DNA from: Nageia nagi
Lineage: Eukaryota; Plantae; Pinophyta
DNA length: 64,000 nucleotides
Direction: 5' to 3'
NCBI GenBank assembly: GCA_050084985.1
Contig: JBITNC010000001.1
Location: forward strand, 198,400,001-198,464,000
Shown here: in pieces, positions 1 through 14,498 of the stretch
How positions within the stretch are numbered: the first letter of the stretch is position 1
Layout: each line of letters starts with the position of its first letter
Notes under the pieces: generated by a model
Told to the model about the DNA's origin: nothing
Database searches by the model: none
The model's input: only the letters and a program-made list of their open reading frames with translations
Position numbers and translations under genes: made by a program

Positions 1-1975
1 CCACCAGAAATCTCGCTAAAACATCCACCTGGGAAAGTGCATGGAAATGGCCAATAAGGATGCCATTCTTTACAAGTTGAATACCCCAAGAGCTACCAGA
101 AGACTATTATTCTTTTATAATTACACTTTGTAAGGAGGGTAACATTCCCTTATTCCTTAATTCTTTCATTCTTTTATTCTTTCTCAATAAAATTCATGCT
201 TTTAATTCCCATTTATTACTCCCCTTTAATTCTTTTACAAGTACTACAATGAGTGTATAATCTTTATTCTTAGTCATTTTTGTCAAATTTTGTTAAGTCT
301 AGAAAAATTCGGGTCATGTTTCCATTATCGGGTCTTAATTTTGTAAATGTTAGTTAAAAGTGCCATTTTGTTCAAAGCAGACATTATTTGTCTAGTCATT
401 TGGATCAAATCAGGAAATTGTACACAATTCATGATAATGAGTGTCAATCTTTAAAGCTAGTTAAGTCTTTTCTAAGTTTTACTATCAAGTGTTATTATGT
501 AAATAAGTCCCATATATTTTTCAAATAGCACAATTGAGTCTTCATCAATAACTATACATTGGTCTAAGTTTGAAAGGCACTTTTATTTTTTCTAAGTCAT
601 GTCCAAGAGATAATGTAATTTATAAGGGAAGTAAATGTCTAAGTCTAAGTTTGAGTAATATGGGAAGTCAAATCTATTGTAGAACGAGGTACTTATTCTA
701 GGTAGTATTGGAAATATGAGTCATTTTTGAGTTGAATCAATCAATGAGTAATGTCTTAGAGCTCATGAATTTCTAAAGGAAAAGTTGTACCATACATCAA
801 AAATTAGCAAGCACTAAGTTAGTCCATCAATGGGTCTTACCGAAGGACAAATCAATGAGATATATTTAAATAGGTTCATTCCATAGAACATACCTATTTT
901 GAGTGATGATGTCACACATTTTGATTAAAATCAATGGGTAATAAAGTAACTCCTAATTAGTCAATAAACCCCTCCAAATAAAGTAAGACCTACCAAACTA
1001 AAAATAGAACTATGAGATAAGAGGAATACTTGGGTCCACTTAATCAAGAGTGATTAACCCCTAGGGCTCTACCAATATGTTAAATTTGACTCATTTCCAC
1101 ATGGAAATAGAAGTTATTCCTTAGGATTCAATGTTATACCTTGCATTTCCCTCATAATTCTTGCAACCTAGAGCTATAATGATCTTCATAAATGGTTGCA
1201 AAAAGTTATATGGACACTAAAAGAGGATAAAGAAAACCCATACCAATCAAATTGGTGTAGCATACTTTGATAATCAGCTATAATTGTAATAGGATATAAT
1301 AAATGACAAATCAAAGAGATTAAAATTGAGAACTTATAAAGATTCAAAGTCTATAGATTCCCAAGCATTAGAGCTGATTGTACTTAGTTACTGTGCAATC
1401 TAGCATAGTTGTAAATTGAAGTTGTACATTTGTAAATAATTCTTGTTTCAATTCTTAGTCAATAGAGCAATTAAGGGTAGTAATGATGGAAAACCACTCA
1501 TTTGTAAATAGAATAGTATAAATAGTGGACTATTAGAGGTCTATAAGTTCAGACATTTTAGTAAAGTTGCCTAGTGTATGAAATTCTTTCATATTTGATA
1601 ATACAATGCAATGATACTTTTCCCTATACAGTTTGTGGCTATATATTCTATATTTTAGATATTATGTATGAAACATTATCTTAAGTTGTGGCTATGTATT
1701 ATGACTACAAGATCCTAAGAGTAAGCTAGTTTTCTATTCCTAATCTTGACTATGGATTGCTACCTATGTGGTAATGCCCAAGCTAATTAGTTTTAGTTTG
1801 CTTTGTTATCCTTTTCTAGTTACTTTTGACCTTTACATAGATAGGAATTGGCCTATAACCTAAAGATTAAGCAGAAAACCCCATGAGCACACTATCCCAC
1901 CACTTTCTTCTCTTTTGAGAACCCTATTATTGTAGGCAATTGAGAACATGACCAAACCAAACCCTTGAGGTTACA
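1..1975 (+). mobile_element. 3' part of an LTR retrotransposon: C-terminal remnant of an accessory ORF (~1-135), then U3/TATA/R/U5 ending ...GGTTACA; 3' or solo LTR because no PBS follows
   Basis: TATAAATA near 1517. Segment ~1510-1975 aligns to the reverse complement of ~14947-15445 (e.g. taatcttgactatggattgctacctatg vs taatcttggctatggattgctacctatg). The interrupted gypsy reading frame resumes directly after 1975. Confidence 0.7.
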
Positions 1976-4900
1976 TTATATTGATCAATAATAATATTGC
2001 AATGGCTAAAAGGATTAGGATCCATTGGAATGCAATGAGTCTTACCACCATCCAGATACTTGAAGAAACCATGTATTGAGGAGGAAACACCATCCATTTC
2101 ATTAATACAAGGTCGAACCAAAAGAATATTATACTACATCTCACTCTCAACAACATGGTAAGGCATAAGAACTTATCTCACTCTAACCTTAATAGGAATC
2201 ACAACTACTCCCAAAGTTGTAGACAAAGTATTATTAAATGCCTTGATGGCTAAAGTGGGAGCACTCAAATAAGACATGGGGATACCAAGCTTTTGAAGTG
2301 TTACTACATATACCACATTGATAGCCAAGCCTTCATAAATCATGACTCTCTTAACCCCTTTTCCATCTATGTATGCAAAAATGTAGATAGCTAGATGTTT
2401 CTTAGATGATCTGAGAGTATGATATACCTCATCCATGTAGAAAGTGATAGAAGGCCTCATATAGTATTGAATTGTCACACAAAAATCCACATAGGCACTA
2501 GGATCATTATTAGATAATTCAATGGTCTTGAGTATATCATTCAAGGCATCTCAATGAGCCTTGTATTATTGCAATAAATCTCCATAAGGAAAACTTAGTA
2601 GGAGTTAACTGTAATTGTTGGTCTAATTGATTCTAAATTGTAATAGCTGGTCTTGAAGGCTAATATGAACTTGAATGTTAACTATATGTGTGGGCTACTA
2701 TGCTCTTATGTCTCAATGGGTAGGTGTTCTCTCACCTCCCCTCCTCATACAAGTGGTAACATGAAGTATCTCAATGCCCATCATATTGACAAACTCAATC
2801 AGTAAAGGACCACCATGCATTACTTGTCTTGACATGGAGGCCATGGTTCTCACTTGGTTTACATTAGGATCATGCCCTAGAAAAGGTTTTTGATATACCC
2901 CCAAATATCACTTGGGTTGAGCTTGGGGTGCTTTTGTGGATATGTGACTATCATTAATTAATCTCTAAATTATGGCTCTCAAATGTTAACACTAATAAGT
3001 TGCATGCCCTTATTGAAGATGGAAGGTACAAAACTCATCTTCCCTATACGATTGTGGTCATGCACCATTAGGGTCCTCTTATATTATCTCAAGAAGCATA
3101 ACTAATATTTCCTATAGGATATTCTTATATATATGATCTATAGGCTCCACTAATGGTGTCCAATTCCTTTTTTGTTGTTGTGGTTGCCTTGATGGTCTAG
3201 GAGGTCTTGCTTGGTTATTACCATGATTATATTGATTATACTACCCTTGATGACCTTGATTTCCTTGATTATACTATGCTTGATTACTTTGATTATAGTT
3301 CCCTTGATCTTATTTTTGGTATTGATTTCTTGGTTGATTGTTCCTTTGTCTAGGAGGTTCTAGTTGAAGAATTGGTTGTGCTTGATTAACCAGATATGTA
3401 ACTTGGTTTGCTTGTGGCATAGGTTGAGGTTGGTTCAGATTTCCACCATTGTTGTGAGTATTTTGATTGTTATTATTATCCTTTTTTATCAGATTTATTT
3501 CACCCTCTTGAATTTTTACCTCTTCAATGACCTTTTCTTGAGCTAAGGCATATTCAAAGGTAAGGTTCCTTTGAATTTGTAGGATACAAGAGATGTGCTT
3601 GTTGCAACTCTTAGAGAATAGCTCAACCAAATCCTCTTGAGGAAAACTATATGGCATATTGATCATAACCGCTCCCCAACAAAAAACATAATTTGATATA
3701 AACTCATTATCAAATTGGGATAACTTACTTAGATCCATGATAGAGGCTCTATTTCTTATGTTTATCCCAAAATGATCTAGAAACTGGTTAGCCAACTGAT
3801 TGAAAGAAAAGATACTATGCTATGGCAAGTTGTTTTACCAATCCAATGCTTAAACTAACAAATTCATAGGAAAGGTTCTTAACATGAGAATATCATTATT
3901 ATCTATGATATAACATGAATACTTCAATTACCTTAGATGTTCTCTAGGATCCTCCTTCCCTGTAAATTTATCCATCTTGGGAACTTCAAACTTGTAAAGA
4001 AAATCCTTTATAGGAATGAATAGATGGATTGGTTCATTACAAATAAATCCATAAGACAACTTGGAATTAACTTGGTCATTAAGCCTTTGCTCCATCTCTT
4101 GTAACTTCTTAAGAATCTCATCATGAGAAGTGGATGGAGGAAAGGATCCAACAACTTGATAGCATGGAGCTTGATAGGAATTGGTTGGTTGTTGTTGCCC
4201 TTGAGATTGATAAATTTATTGTGTTGAGGCAACATTCACTTGTTATGTATGATTGGGTTGGGCTATGAACCCTTATGCCACTTGGTTATGCAAACCTTGA
4301 GGAGGAAATTGAGCTTGTACAAGAGATGGATCTTGAACTTGTTGAAAAGATTGAAAATATTTTTGTGTAGAAGTGTGATCCCTAGGTTTAGCACCAACAT
4401 ATTCTTGTGTGTTATTAGGATTTTTATAATTAGCATATGTGGGTATAACAACTTGAGAAGAAGAAGGAGCTTGAGACATAACATTAATGTGCACCCTAGG
4501 TTGTGGAACTTTAGGTGGCACATATGGTGCAATGATCTCTTGAGGATTAGGATTAATCATTTTGCTAGGTATTATATGCTCTTGTTGATAAGATAAATAA
4601 GGTTGATCAACCATAGCAACTTGGGGAGGGGTTGCAATCCTCAAGACTTGTAAATTAATATTTACCTCTTGCTCTTGATGGGTTTCCACAAATTATGCAA
4701 ATAATTTGGCCTTTTGAAGCTTATACTACTCTTTAAACATTTGGGCTCTCTCCTCATCATCATGATGAGGAGTGCTTAATAGTGTCAAAGTGGAGGGTTC
4801 AACTTGTGGATGAGAAGATTGGACCAAAGGGTCCACATGAGAAATCAATGGATCTTGAGGCAAGGTTGATGAAACTTGTTGAGCTTGGCTAGGAGGCAAA

Positions 4901-5650
4901 GGAGGAGGAACAGAAGTAGACCAATGTCTTCTCACCATATCATATTATAAAATAAGCTTATGGGTATTCATCTTGTGTAAATCGATAGTAGGAGAATCAG
5001 GAGGCTCATGTGGTGGAGGTTCAATGGAGGAAGAAGGCATGTTGGATGGTGGAGGATTGCCATAGGTAGGATCATAATGGTAAATGATACTATATAGATC
5101 AATAATGGTATATTTATTTGGGTTATGTAATGAAGTTTCCATAGTGACAACATGGGGCAAGGAAGGAGGAGGAAAGGGTTATGATACCCCTATCTCTTCT
5201 TCCAAGGGAAGTGGTGGATTGGCCAAGGTTTAGCTTTCCATGTTAGCAACATGGGGAGATGGAGGCCTAAAATATAAAGGTTTTTTAGCCTTAAATTCAT
5301 GGAAAAGATCTTGGATATGAAGATCATTCAAGAAGAGTAGCTCCTCGATAGGAGGGTCATCATGGATGGCTTCCACATGATGTGGAGAGCTAGCGTCACC
5401 ATACAAGGGATTCTTACATAGACTTACTTGCAAGTATTTGTGAAATTGTGGATCCTATTGATGGGATGGGATAGAAGCCTATATAGGTGTAGAATATGGG
5501 ACATGAGATGGTTGGTATACATGAATTAAAAGTGGTTGAGACATATGAGGTGAAGGTGGTTGAGAAGGAGGGTTGGATTGTGAGGATCTAGTTTGTCTTG
5601 CCCTAAATTATGCTCTAGTCTCTATTGAAGTATGGGATTCACCTTCCATA
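1976..5650 (-). pseudogene. Degenerate Ty3/gypsy (Tat/Ogre-like) gag-protease, interrupted after the protease by the LTR at 1-1975
   Basis: Pro/Gln-rich N-terminus (ORFs 4273-5433). Gag core FEVPKMDKFTGKEDPREHL...FNQLANQFLDHF (~4000-3770; ORF 3310-3795). CxxHxxxxHxxxxC knuckle (CTFHLQ*GHATY*C) near 3030-2990. Protease remnant KRVMIYEGLAINVV (ORF 2173-2544) and YNILLVRPCINEM. Confidence 0.85.
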
Positions 5651-7070
5651 CTAGAAACACAAATGAAGAATTAAATAAATAATATGAAATAAAAAAAATA
5701 TGCCAATGGTGCCACATAAGTGAAAGCAAGTAAACATAAAGCCTAAAATTTTGTTATGATCTTCTTTAATGGATGCAAACTTAAAGCACACAACCCTAAG
5801 ATGGTATTTTAAAGACATCATTCCTATATGCAAAATAGAAATAGTGTGAAAGATAGAAATAGTGATTATCTTATTTAGTTTATTCTTGTCCAATTAGGAT
5901 AATTATCTTTATGAGGTAAATTTTAAATGCAATTATAAATTTTGACTCTTTTTAGTTTTCCTATAGATGAATCTAGTCAAACATTTTTGGGTAAGGATTG
6001 ATCTCTAGGGGTGTGAATCATTTTACAAGGGTACTTAGGTACCTATAATGACATATATCATAAAAAGAGGATGGATACCACCTTGGTGTTAAAATCTAAG
6101 TGTGGGTTAGGCTATGGTGATGAAATCCATGTGCCTTAGATACTCCCTAAGCTTGTGAGGAATTAATGCAAGTATGATAAAACAAATATAAGATGCAACT
6201 AACTGTATACAAAATGCAAATAATCCCTTAAATATTTGTCTTTTCATTTTTAAAGTAAAGAATAATATGATTTTAAAAATAAAGTACTCCCACCCAAGGA
6301 TGATTTTGATTTTACTATTGCAAGAAAAAGAGTAAAATGAATTCTTTCGTTTTCAATTTTATTTTCCTTTCACTAGCAAAATAAAGCAAAGTAAAGTGAA
6401 ATAACAACCCTAGGATGCACACAACATACAAAACCTATTCTAAATCATGATATGAGAGGGATACAAGCTTGGGGGACTCCAACTCCAAGCTCCCATTAGG
6501 TACAATACCTATGATACACATTTTGATCCTAGTCAATGTGTTATAGACCAGCTAGAAGTGCCAACTGATGAACTGATCAAACAACTAACTAACCAATCAT
6601 AGTTATGCCTAGATAATTTTAAAATTTGAACTTAAAAGTGCAAGATAGAATATAAAATGTACAATCCAGAAATTCAAATGCTGGCAGTGGTCTACTGCCA
6701 CCTAGTTAAAAGATCTAAAAGTTATGAAACTTCCTGGAAATGAAATAGATTAGCTCAAAATATTAAAACCATCCTAATCACTATAGACTAAACTGAGTAA
6801 AAAAGAGGATCTAACTAGATGAAAATTGATTAATAATTTATGCATCTAAAACCTATTCAATATGCTAAAGACTAGCTAGACTCTATCAACTAGTATGCAG
6901 TAAATTGGCTACCATTTTTCTAATTTTTATACTTCAATAATTTTTAGGGTTTCATCTAGGATTGGTCAGGTATGTTCCTTGGAAAAATCAACCTGAGTTA
7001 GTATGCATGGATATCTAAAAATGCAAAAAGAAAGGGTCAAATATAATAAATAAAAAAGAGGAGAAAGGGA

Positions 7071-7612
7071 TGTAAAATTCCTTTATTATTGTAAATATTG
7101 AACCAAGGGAGGTCCTATTGGAATGTATAATGCATTATTGTAAAGGTTTTGTAATATTCATCTATGTAAGTTCACTAATACTTAAGAGTATCATTTGATA
7201 CCTTAAGTATTTAAGTGAATATGATAATGTAACTTGTCCTACACTCCATGTCATGAGCATGTCCCTTGGGTAAAAGGATGTGCATGTCATGCTTTTATAC
7301 ATTGAGTAAAAAGGTGATTCAAAGAGAGATTTTGGCTTATAAATAGAAGGATTCCTCTTTGGATCATACACCAATTTGAGAAGTAAAGTTATGCTATAAT
7401 ATAGTACCTAGGATTGAGATTAGAATAATTATAAGAGTTCATATTTGGGAATGAAGTGAGATCTAGTTAGTGGATGTTCTCCTAGTTGGAGGAACCACTT
7501 GCATCTTGAGTTATGTTGTAAGATTGATTTGTGAGTTATTTAGATGTGAATTATGAGTTTTTATGAGATCTTGGTAGTTTAGAGTTGTTTAATTTATAGT
7601 TCATCTCTCACA
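7071..7612 (+). repeat. 5' LTR of Ty1/copia element 1 (~540 bp)
   Basis: Starts TGTAAAA, ends CTCTCACA, contains TATAAATAG near 7338, and is directly followed by a Met PBS. The 5' boundary is inferred because no second copy is visible. Confidence 0.65.
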
Positions 7613-7614
7613 TT

Positions 7615-7626
7615 TGGTATCAGAGC
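7615..7626 (+). promoter_or_regulatory. Primer-binding site (initiator tRNA-Met)
   Basis: TGGTATCAGAGC two bases after the LTR-terminal CA. Confidence 0.9.
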
Positions 7627-10544
7627 TCCTTGGAGGCTTCTCTTCACATCCTTGGGTGCAAGCTCTTCTTCATTCCTCATATCACTTTTCATTGTGAGGT
7701 AAAATCAAAAGAAGGTATAACTTCTTTTTTTTTGTCTTATTTCAACTAATGATACTAATATATATGTATGTGCTAGTTAATTTTTTTTGGTAATTTTATT
7801 TAATAGCAATTCAATATAATTGTTATTCATACTAACAATTTTTATGATAGTTGCAATTTTTATTACAAAATTGCTTTATATATTGCTATAATTTTTATAG
7901 TGTGCCTACCTTAATCCTTCTATAAAAAGTTATAGTTGTACTCTACAATTTTTTTTAATAACACAAAGGAAGGTAATTTTTTTTTTCCATTTACAAAAAT
8001 CATTGTTAATTTTTTTTTTTCAAAATAATTGTAGATGGTTCTTTTATACAAAAGATGATCTTTTTTTTAAAGTCTATCCTTGTCTCTAAAATATAAACAT
8101 GGTATAAGTTAAAAAAAATATAGATACACTATACTAAATGTATTTGGAAAATCTTTTTTTACAAAAACATAACATTAGTTTGTTTAAAGTATCTATTCTG
8201 AGAAGTTTGGGTGGGCATTTTTTTAGGAGAGGGCATCATTTCTTGGTTGGTGCCTTCGGCTTGCATCCCTCTTCTTGCATGGCATTGCTCAATCCAAAAT
8301 TTGAATTCCAAGTGGTCCCTTTAAACTCCCTTTATCCTCTCTAATCAACAACAACAAATAGGTCATTTTTTTAGGGTATTTTGTTGATGCCTTATTTTTG
8401 ATAGTTGTTTGGTCAAACCCACTTTCCCCTCATCTCGTAGACCTTGCAGCTCATCCGCTTGGCCTTCCCATAACTTGGATTTGCCTTAACTTTCATTGGG
8501 CACCCCTCCTCTTCGTAGCTTCTCATGGATTTCAAGGCATTCTATTGATTCCTTATTATTGATAGGTGTTTGGTCAAACCCACTTCGCCCTCAACTCCTA
8601 GACCTTGTAACTCATCTACTTGGCCTTCCTGCAGCCTAGCTCTACCCCAACTTTGCTCAGGCACCCTTCCTCTCTATAGCTTCTTGCAATGAATTTGATC
8701 CCTTTTTGTAATGAATCATGGCTTCTTCTTGCAATGAATTATAGCCCCTTCTTGCAATGAATCTAGCCCCTTATTGCATGCTCAGGCTCCTTTCATCCAT
8801 CATGGCCCCCATTGCTCAACCTCTCTCCCTTCTCTTGACTAGTCTTCCTCTTCTGTTTTGTGTCACCTTTTTTCTCTTTAACCACCAACCTCTACCCTAT
8901 GCCTCCTCACAGTGTCTCCCAAGTGCCATTCTATCCCTTCAAAACCCCTTTAGATCTTAGTATTTCTTATTATGATTAAAATCATTTAATTTCTTTTCCT
9001 TGAGTGCACACCTTCTCCTCTTCAATTTAATACTTTTTATTAAATTTTCTAATAAGTTAATTATGATGAGGAATTTTTTTGACTTTGCTCTTAAACAAGG
9101 AAAAGAAAATTTATTATGATGCTTTACTTAGACGTTTATGGTGATAAGTCTTAAAAGTTTAGTACTTGTTTCAAGTAAAGGAAAGGGGGATAATATTGCT
9201 CTTAAAATTAGGACATTTCTTGTTCATGCTTATGATATTATTAATTTATCTTAAATACCTTTCTACTTTTAGAAAAATATGGCAAGTCTCCAAGAATTTT
9301 TTTTAGCAATTTAAATTTATACTCTTAATACTTCTAGATATACATCTTTTTTAACATGGTGTTATTTCTAAAAGTATTAAGGGGAGTATATAATTTGAAA
9401 TTACTAAAGAAAAGGATATTAATTTTTTTAAATGCTATTTTAGTAAAGTAAAAATGAGAATTTAACCTTGTTTTTTATATATAAAATGTTTTAGCATTCT
9501 ATCCTAAGCATTCATTGAAGGGGTCCTTTTTAAGTAAAAAGGAGGAAATTTTATGGATGTTTTACTTAAATGTTTCAAGTTATGGGAATAATGCATAGAA
9601 TATTTTATGCCTTTATAATTTTTTTTCCTTATGCAAAGTGATGGATTCACTTATGCAAATAATGAAAAATGATATATATGTATTATTTCTCTAAGTAATT
9701 ATTCCTTTGCAAAGTTAAGAATGGACTTGTGCAAAGTATGGACTTATGTAAAGATGTCCTTTAGGGGTTAGTAAACAAAACCCATTAGACATTTAGGTTT
9801 CAAACCTTGAATGGATGATTTTGTTTATGCTCTTTTAATTCATATTTCATATTTTTTATTTATGTGCTTATGCAAATGAAAATATAAATATTGAAATGAG
9901 CAACCCCCTAAAATGAATACATTTGCATGTACATTCCATAATATAACTTGTTTGGGGAACCATGAGGTGAAGATTGATGGACTAAAGCATTTAAGTCCAA
10001 TAATTCAAGTGGTGAGAAGTTTGTACTTCTCAATCACCTCTAAGTTCTCTATTTATTTGGATATAACTTCAATAGGTGGACATGCATGTGTGTAGTGATA
10101 CCACATGTCCACATGTCTATCTAGGGATTATCTTGATAACCTAGGAGGGTAACTTGAAACATAATCAAGATTAATAATTTGGTTGATCCAATATATTTCA
10201 TAATCTTAGAAAATAGAAGGTACTTCTTCTTATGAGAGTATAATACTAACCAAAGTAAACTGGTTGAGGATTGGTAGTACTTGGGCTCCTCTTGTATGGG
10301 CATTTAGGTGAAGGCCTAATTTTAAAAAAGAAAATAAACCTCAATAATATCACTCTACATTTATGATTTTTGGTGATATTAAAAGTATTTAGATACATGG
10401 GAGCTATATTTGAGTTGTAAAATATTTGCACTTGTAAATCAAATCAAACATGTCTTTGTTAATTAAATGTAACATATAAAACTTAACATATAATGTTGTT
10501 TATTGAACCACATGCTTATTATTTTTCACATTCTTGTATAGCAA

Positions 10545-13500
10545 ATGGAAGACTCCATTTTACCCAAGCACATTCTATATGGTTCTAACTTTGGAATTTA
10601 GGAACCTCAAATTAGAGTTGAGTTGTAGGCAAGAAAGCTTTGGTAAATAGTGAATGAGAACCTTGTACCTCCTATAGATGAAAAGGCACTAGAGGCTTAC
10701 AACATAAAAAATGAGTTGGCAACCTCCATGAACTTTTGTGCAATTTTAGATGATGTGCTCCTGATGATTTCCTCTTCAATCTTGATAAAGAAAGCTTGGG
10801 ATAAGCTTAAGCAAATTTACCTTGGTTCAAAGTTTTCAAGAAGGTTTACCATTCTCCAAAAGTTTATTCAATATCATTAAAGGGAAGATGAAAATATTGC
10901 CATCTACTTGAACAAAATCATTTATCTTATGACTCAACTTGTTGCTTGTGGGTGCAATTGGATCAATGATAAGTTTATGGTCTTTATCATTCTTCAAATC
11001 TTTTATTCAAAGTTTGGAAGCTTTGTAATGGTTATGAAAATAAAGCTTGGTTATGAAGAAGTCTTGTCCCTTGAGAACCTTTCTAGGCTCCTCTTGAAGC
11101 ATGAGAAAACCTTTAACAAAAAGGTGTTGATTTTTTCTCCAAAGGATAATAATATTGTTCTAGGAGCAACCAAAACTTCTTTAAAGAAAAATTTCAACCA
11201 TCATAAGAAATATTATCCTTATTTCTCTAAAATATTTGAGAAAAAAAGATATAGTAATAATGACAATAATAGGAACAACAACAACAACAACAGGAACAAT
11301 GGCAACAATAACCACTTCAAGCAAAGAGATGGGAAAGGTAAAGCAAACAATCCATATCCTAAGAAAAATTTTGATGGTAATTGTAACTATTATGGCATCT
11401 AAAGTTATAAATAAGTTGATTTCTATAAAAAGAAAATAGAGGAAAAGAACGAAGGCAATTAAAATGTAAAGAACTTCAAAAGAAAGAAGAATATTCAAGC
11501 TAGTTTTGCTACGATGCTCTACTACATGTCTCACTCTTTTTCATCTGATTGGATTGTTGACTCTAGTTACACTAATCACCTATGCTTTGAAAAGAAAAAT
11601 TTTGAGAAATTTTATAAATATAGAAAGGATGTGGTTGTGATAAGTGATAACTCTACATTTGAAGTTCAAGGACTTGGAAGCATGTTGATTCATGAAAAGG
11701 TTCTTGATAATATGCTCTATGTTCTTAAGCTTAGGATGAACCTTCTCTCTATTATTCAAGTTGCTAAGAAAAGGTACTCATTTGAGTTCAAATCTCAATA
11801 TTTATGCATGAAGAAAGGACTTACCCATTTGGTTAAAGAATCAGTGAAAGATGTTCTCTACATTATGGATCAAGTTCCATAAAAGATATGTCTTGCTACA
11901 AGTGTATGTTCTAAAGGCAATCTTTAGCACCAACATTTAGGGCACCTTAACCATAAGAGTATTCAATCCATAAAAGAGCAAGAACTTGTGGAAGGTTTTC
12001 CTTTAATTTTTCCTTCAATTAGTTTATGCGAGAAGTGCATTCTTAGAAAGATGTATAGATAAAAATTTGAAAAAGATAAGGTAACAAAAGCATCTCAACC
12101 TCTTCAACTTGTGCATTCAGATTTGATGGATCCATTTTAGAATAAGTTGCTTGGAGGAGCATCTTACATCTTGACCTTCATTTATGACTTCTATAGAATG
12201 AATTTTGGCTATCTACTTAGCATAAAGATCAAACCTTTTGAGAGTTTTAAAAATTTTAAGGCCTTATTTGAAAATTAGACTAACCTTAAAATCAAGATGT
12301 TGAGATCAGATAATGGAGGAGAATATAATAACAATAAGTTCAATGCCTTTTGTGCTAAGTATGAAATCAAGAGGTATTTTATGATTCATTAAATTCCTTA
12401 GCAAAATAATGTTGTTGAAAGAAAAAATAAGATAATTATGGAGATGGCTAGATGCATGTTGGGTAATCTTCTTATTTTTTTATGGGATGAAGCTATGGGC
12501 ATTGCTATTTACACCTTGAATAGGTGTCCCATAAAACTAGTTCAAGGTAAAACTCCTTTTGAGGCATGGATAGGAAGAAAACCTAACATTTCTCACCTTA
12601 AGGTGTTTGGTTGTGAAGCATTCTCTTACATTATTTCTAAGAAAACGAAAAGGTTGGACAAAAAGGTTGAAAAATGCATCTTTATGGGTTATGATAGTCA
12701 GCATAGAGGCTACAAGATATATTATCCATCCTATAAAGGATTGTTCATTTCTAGGGATGTAAAATTTAATGAAATTCTTGAAGAATATACTTCTAATGAG
12801 GATGTTGATGATCCAGTTGACTCATCAGTTGCACCTAGCTGGTTGTATATCGATGTAGACAAGTCACCTTAAGAGCAAAATTTTCCAACATAAAGGGTAA
12901 CAAGGAGCATGGCCTTGAACAAATTCTTATTTGAAAAATTGATAATAATAATGCGACCTCATATTTTAAAGAAGCTTCTAAGCATGAGTGCTGGATGGAA
13001 GCCATAAAAGTGGAGTATAAGCTAGTTATGAAAAATGAGACTTGGGACTTGGTTCCTTATCCTAATGAGAAGAATGTGATTGGTAATAAGTGGATCGACA
13101 AGGTCAAGTATAATTCAATTAAATATATTAAGAAATGCAAAGCAAGGTTAGTAGCCAAAGGTTTTTCTTAGAACTATGATGTAGATTATGAGGAAACCTT
13201 TGCTCCTATGGTAACAATATCCATTGTCAAAATTATTCTTACTCTTTTTGCAGCTTATGGATGGAAAGTTTTTTAATTTGATGTCAAGAGTGCATTTCTT
13301 AATGGTGACTTAGATGTGGAAATCTTCATGAATCAACCAAAAGGGTTTATTATGGAAGGTAAAAGATTCCTTTTTGTGTAAGCTAAAGAAGTCATTGTAT
13401 GGACTTAAGCAAGCACGTAGAGCCTGGTATAAGAAGATTTTTAGGTTCTTTACAGATATTAGATTCTCCAAGTATTTTTTTGAATTCAATTTATATATGC

Positions 13501-14498
13501 TCAATCAAAGAAAATATGTGATCTTGATTCTCCTTTATGTGGATGATCTTTTGATAATTGGCAACAATGATGAAATCATTCAAGAGTGCATATCTAAGCT
13601 TAAGGCAAAGTTTAAAATGATTGATCTTCATCTCTTACACTACTACCTTGAAATGCAAATGTATCAATACAAAGATTACACTTATCTTAATCAATCCAAG
13701 TATATATCAGATATCTTGCAAAAGTTTGAAATGGAGTATAGACATTCTATGATCCTTATCTCTTTTGGAATCACTATTTCTCTGAGCTCCAACCGTTAGT
13801 TGGCTGATGCTACAACTTATAGGTAATTAATTAGTAGTCTTTTTTAATTGACTATTTTTAGGCCAAATATTACCTTTATAGTGAATTTGATAGCATGATT
13901 CATGTAGAAACCATATGTTGAGCACCTCAATTTTGTTAAATAAATCTTGAGGTATGTTGCAGGGACTAAGGATCTTGCTCTCAAGTATTCTAAGTTGCCC
14001 TCATTTGTTCTCTTTGAATTTTTAGTTTCTAACCATAAGTGATATAAAGATGATAGAAAATCAACCTTTACGTATGTGCATAGAATTGGTTTAGGTGCTA
14101 TCTCTTGGGTTTTCAAAAAGCAACCTACTATTTCTCTTTCCACCATAGAAACTAAATACCATACCATTTTTGTTGTAGCCTGAGAAGCCATTTGGATGAA
14201 ACATATTTTGAAATAAATTGGGTATGAGCAAGGTGGTTCATCTTTGATTTCTTCATATAATCAATCGATGATCTCTTTAGATAAGAATCTTGCATTCCAT
14301 CAAAGAACAAAACATGTGGAAATCCAAGCATATTTTATCAAGAAGAAGGTTCTTGATGGCATCATACACCTAGAGTATTATCCATCCACCTTGAAATTTA
14401 CTAATTTGTTCACCAAGTCCCTCCCAAAAGCTCAGGTTTATAAGCTTAGGGATGCTATCAAGTTGGTGAAGTTTCCCTCAAGGGGAAGTGAAGTTTGA
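10545..14498 (+). pseudogene. Ty1/copia gag-pol pseudogene (GAG-PR-INT-RT-RH) with many stops and frameshifts
   Basis: Gag KKAWDKLKQIY; degenerate zinc knuckle near 11380; protease WIVDSSYTNHL; integrase VHSDLMDP, LRSDNGGEY, MEMARCML, KTPFEAWIGRKP, SRDVKFNE; RT KLKKSLYGLKQA and LYVDDLL; RNase H FHQRTKHVEI. Domain order is diagnostic of copia. Confidence 0.95.

Noticed and set aside
1927-2121. ORF read as continuous pol
   Set aside because: Its last ~16 codons run into the inserted LTR ending at 1975, so it is chimeric.
11260-11312. Asn-rich (AAC)n tract
   Set aside because: A microsatellite in the copia gag linker; common.
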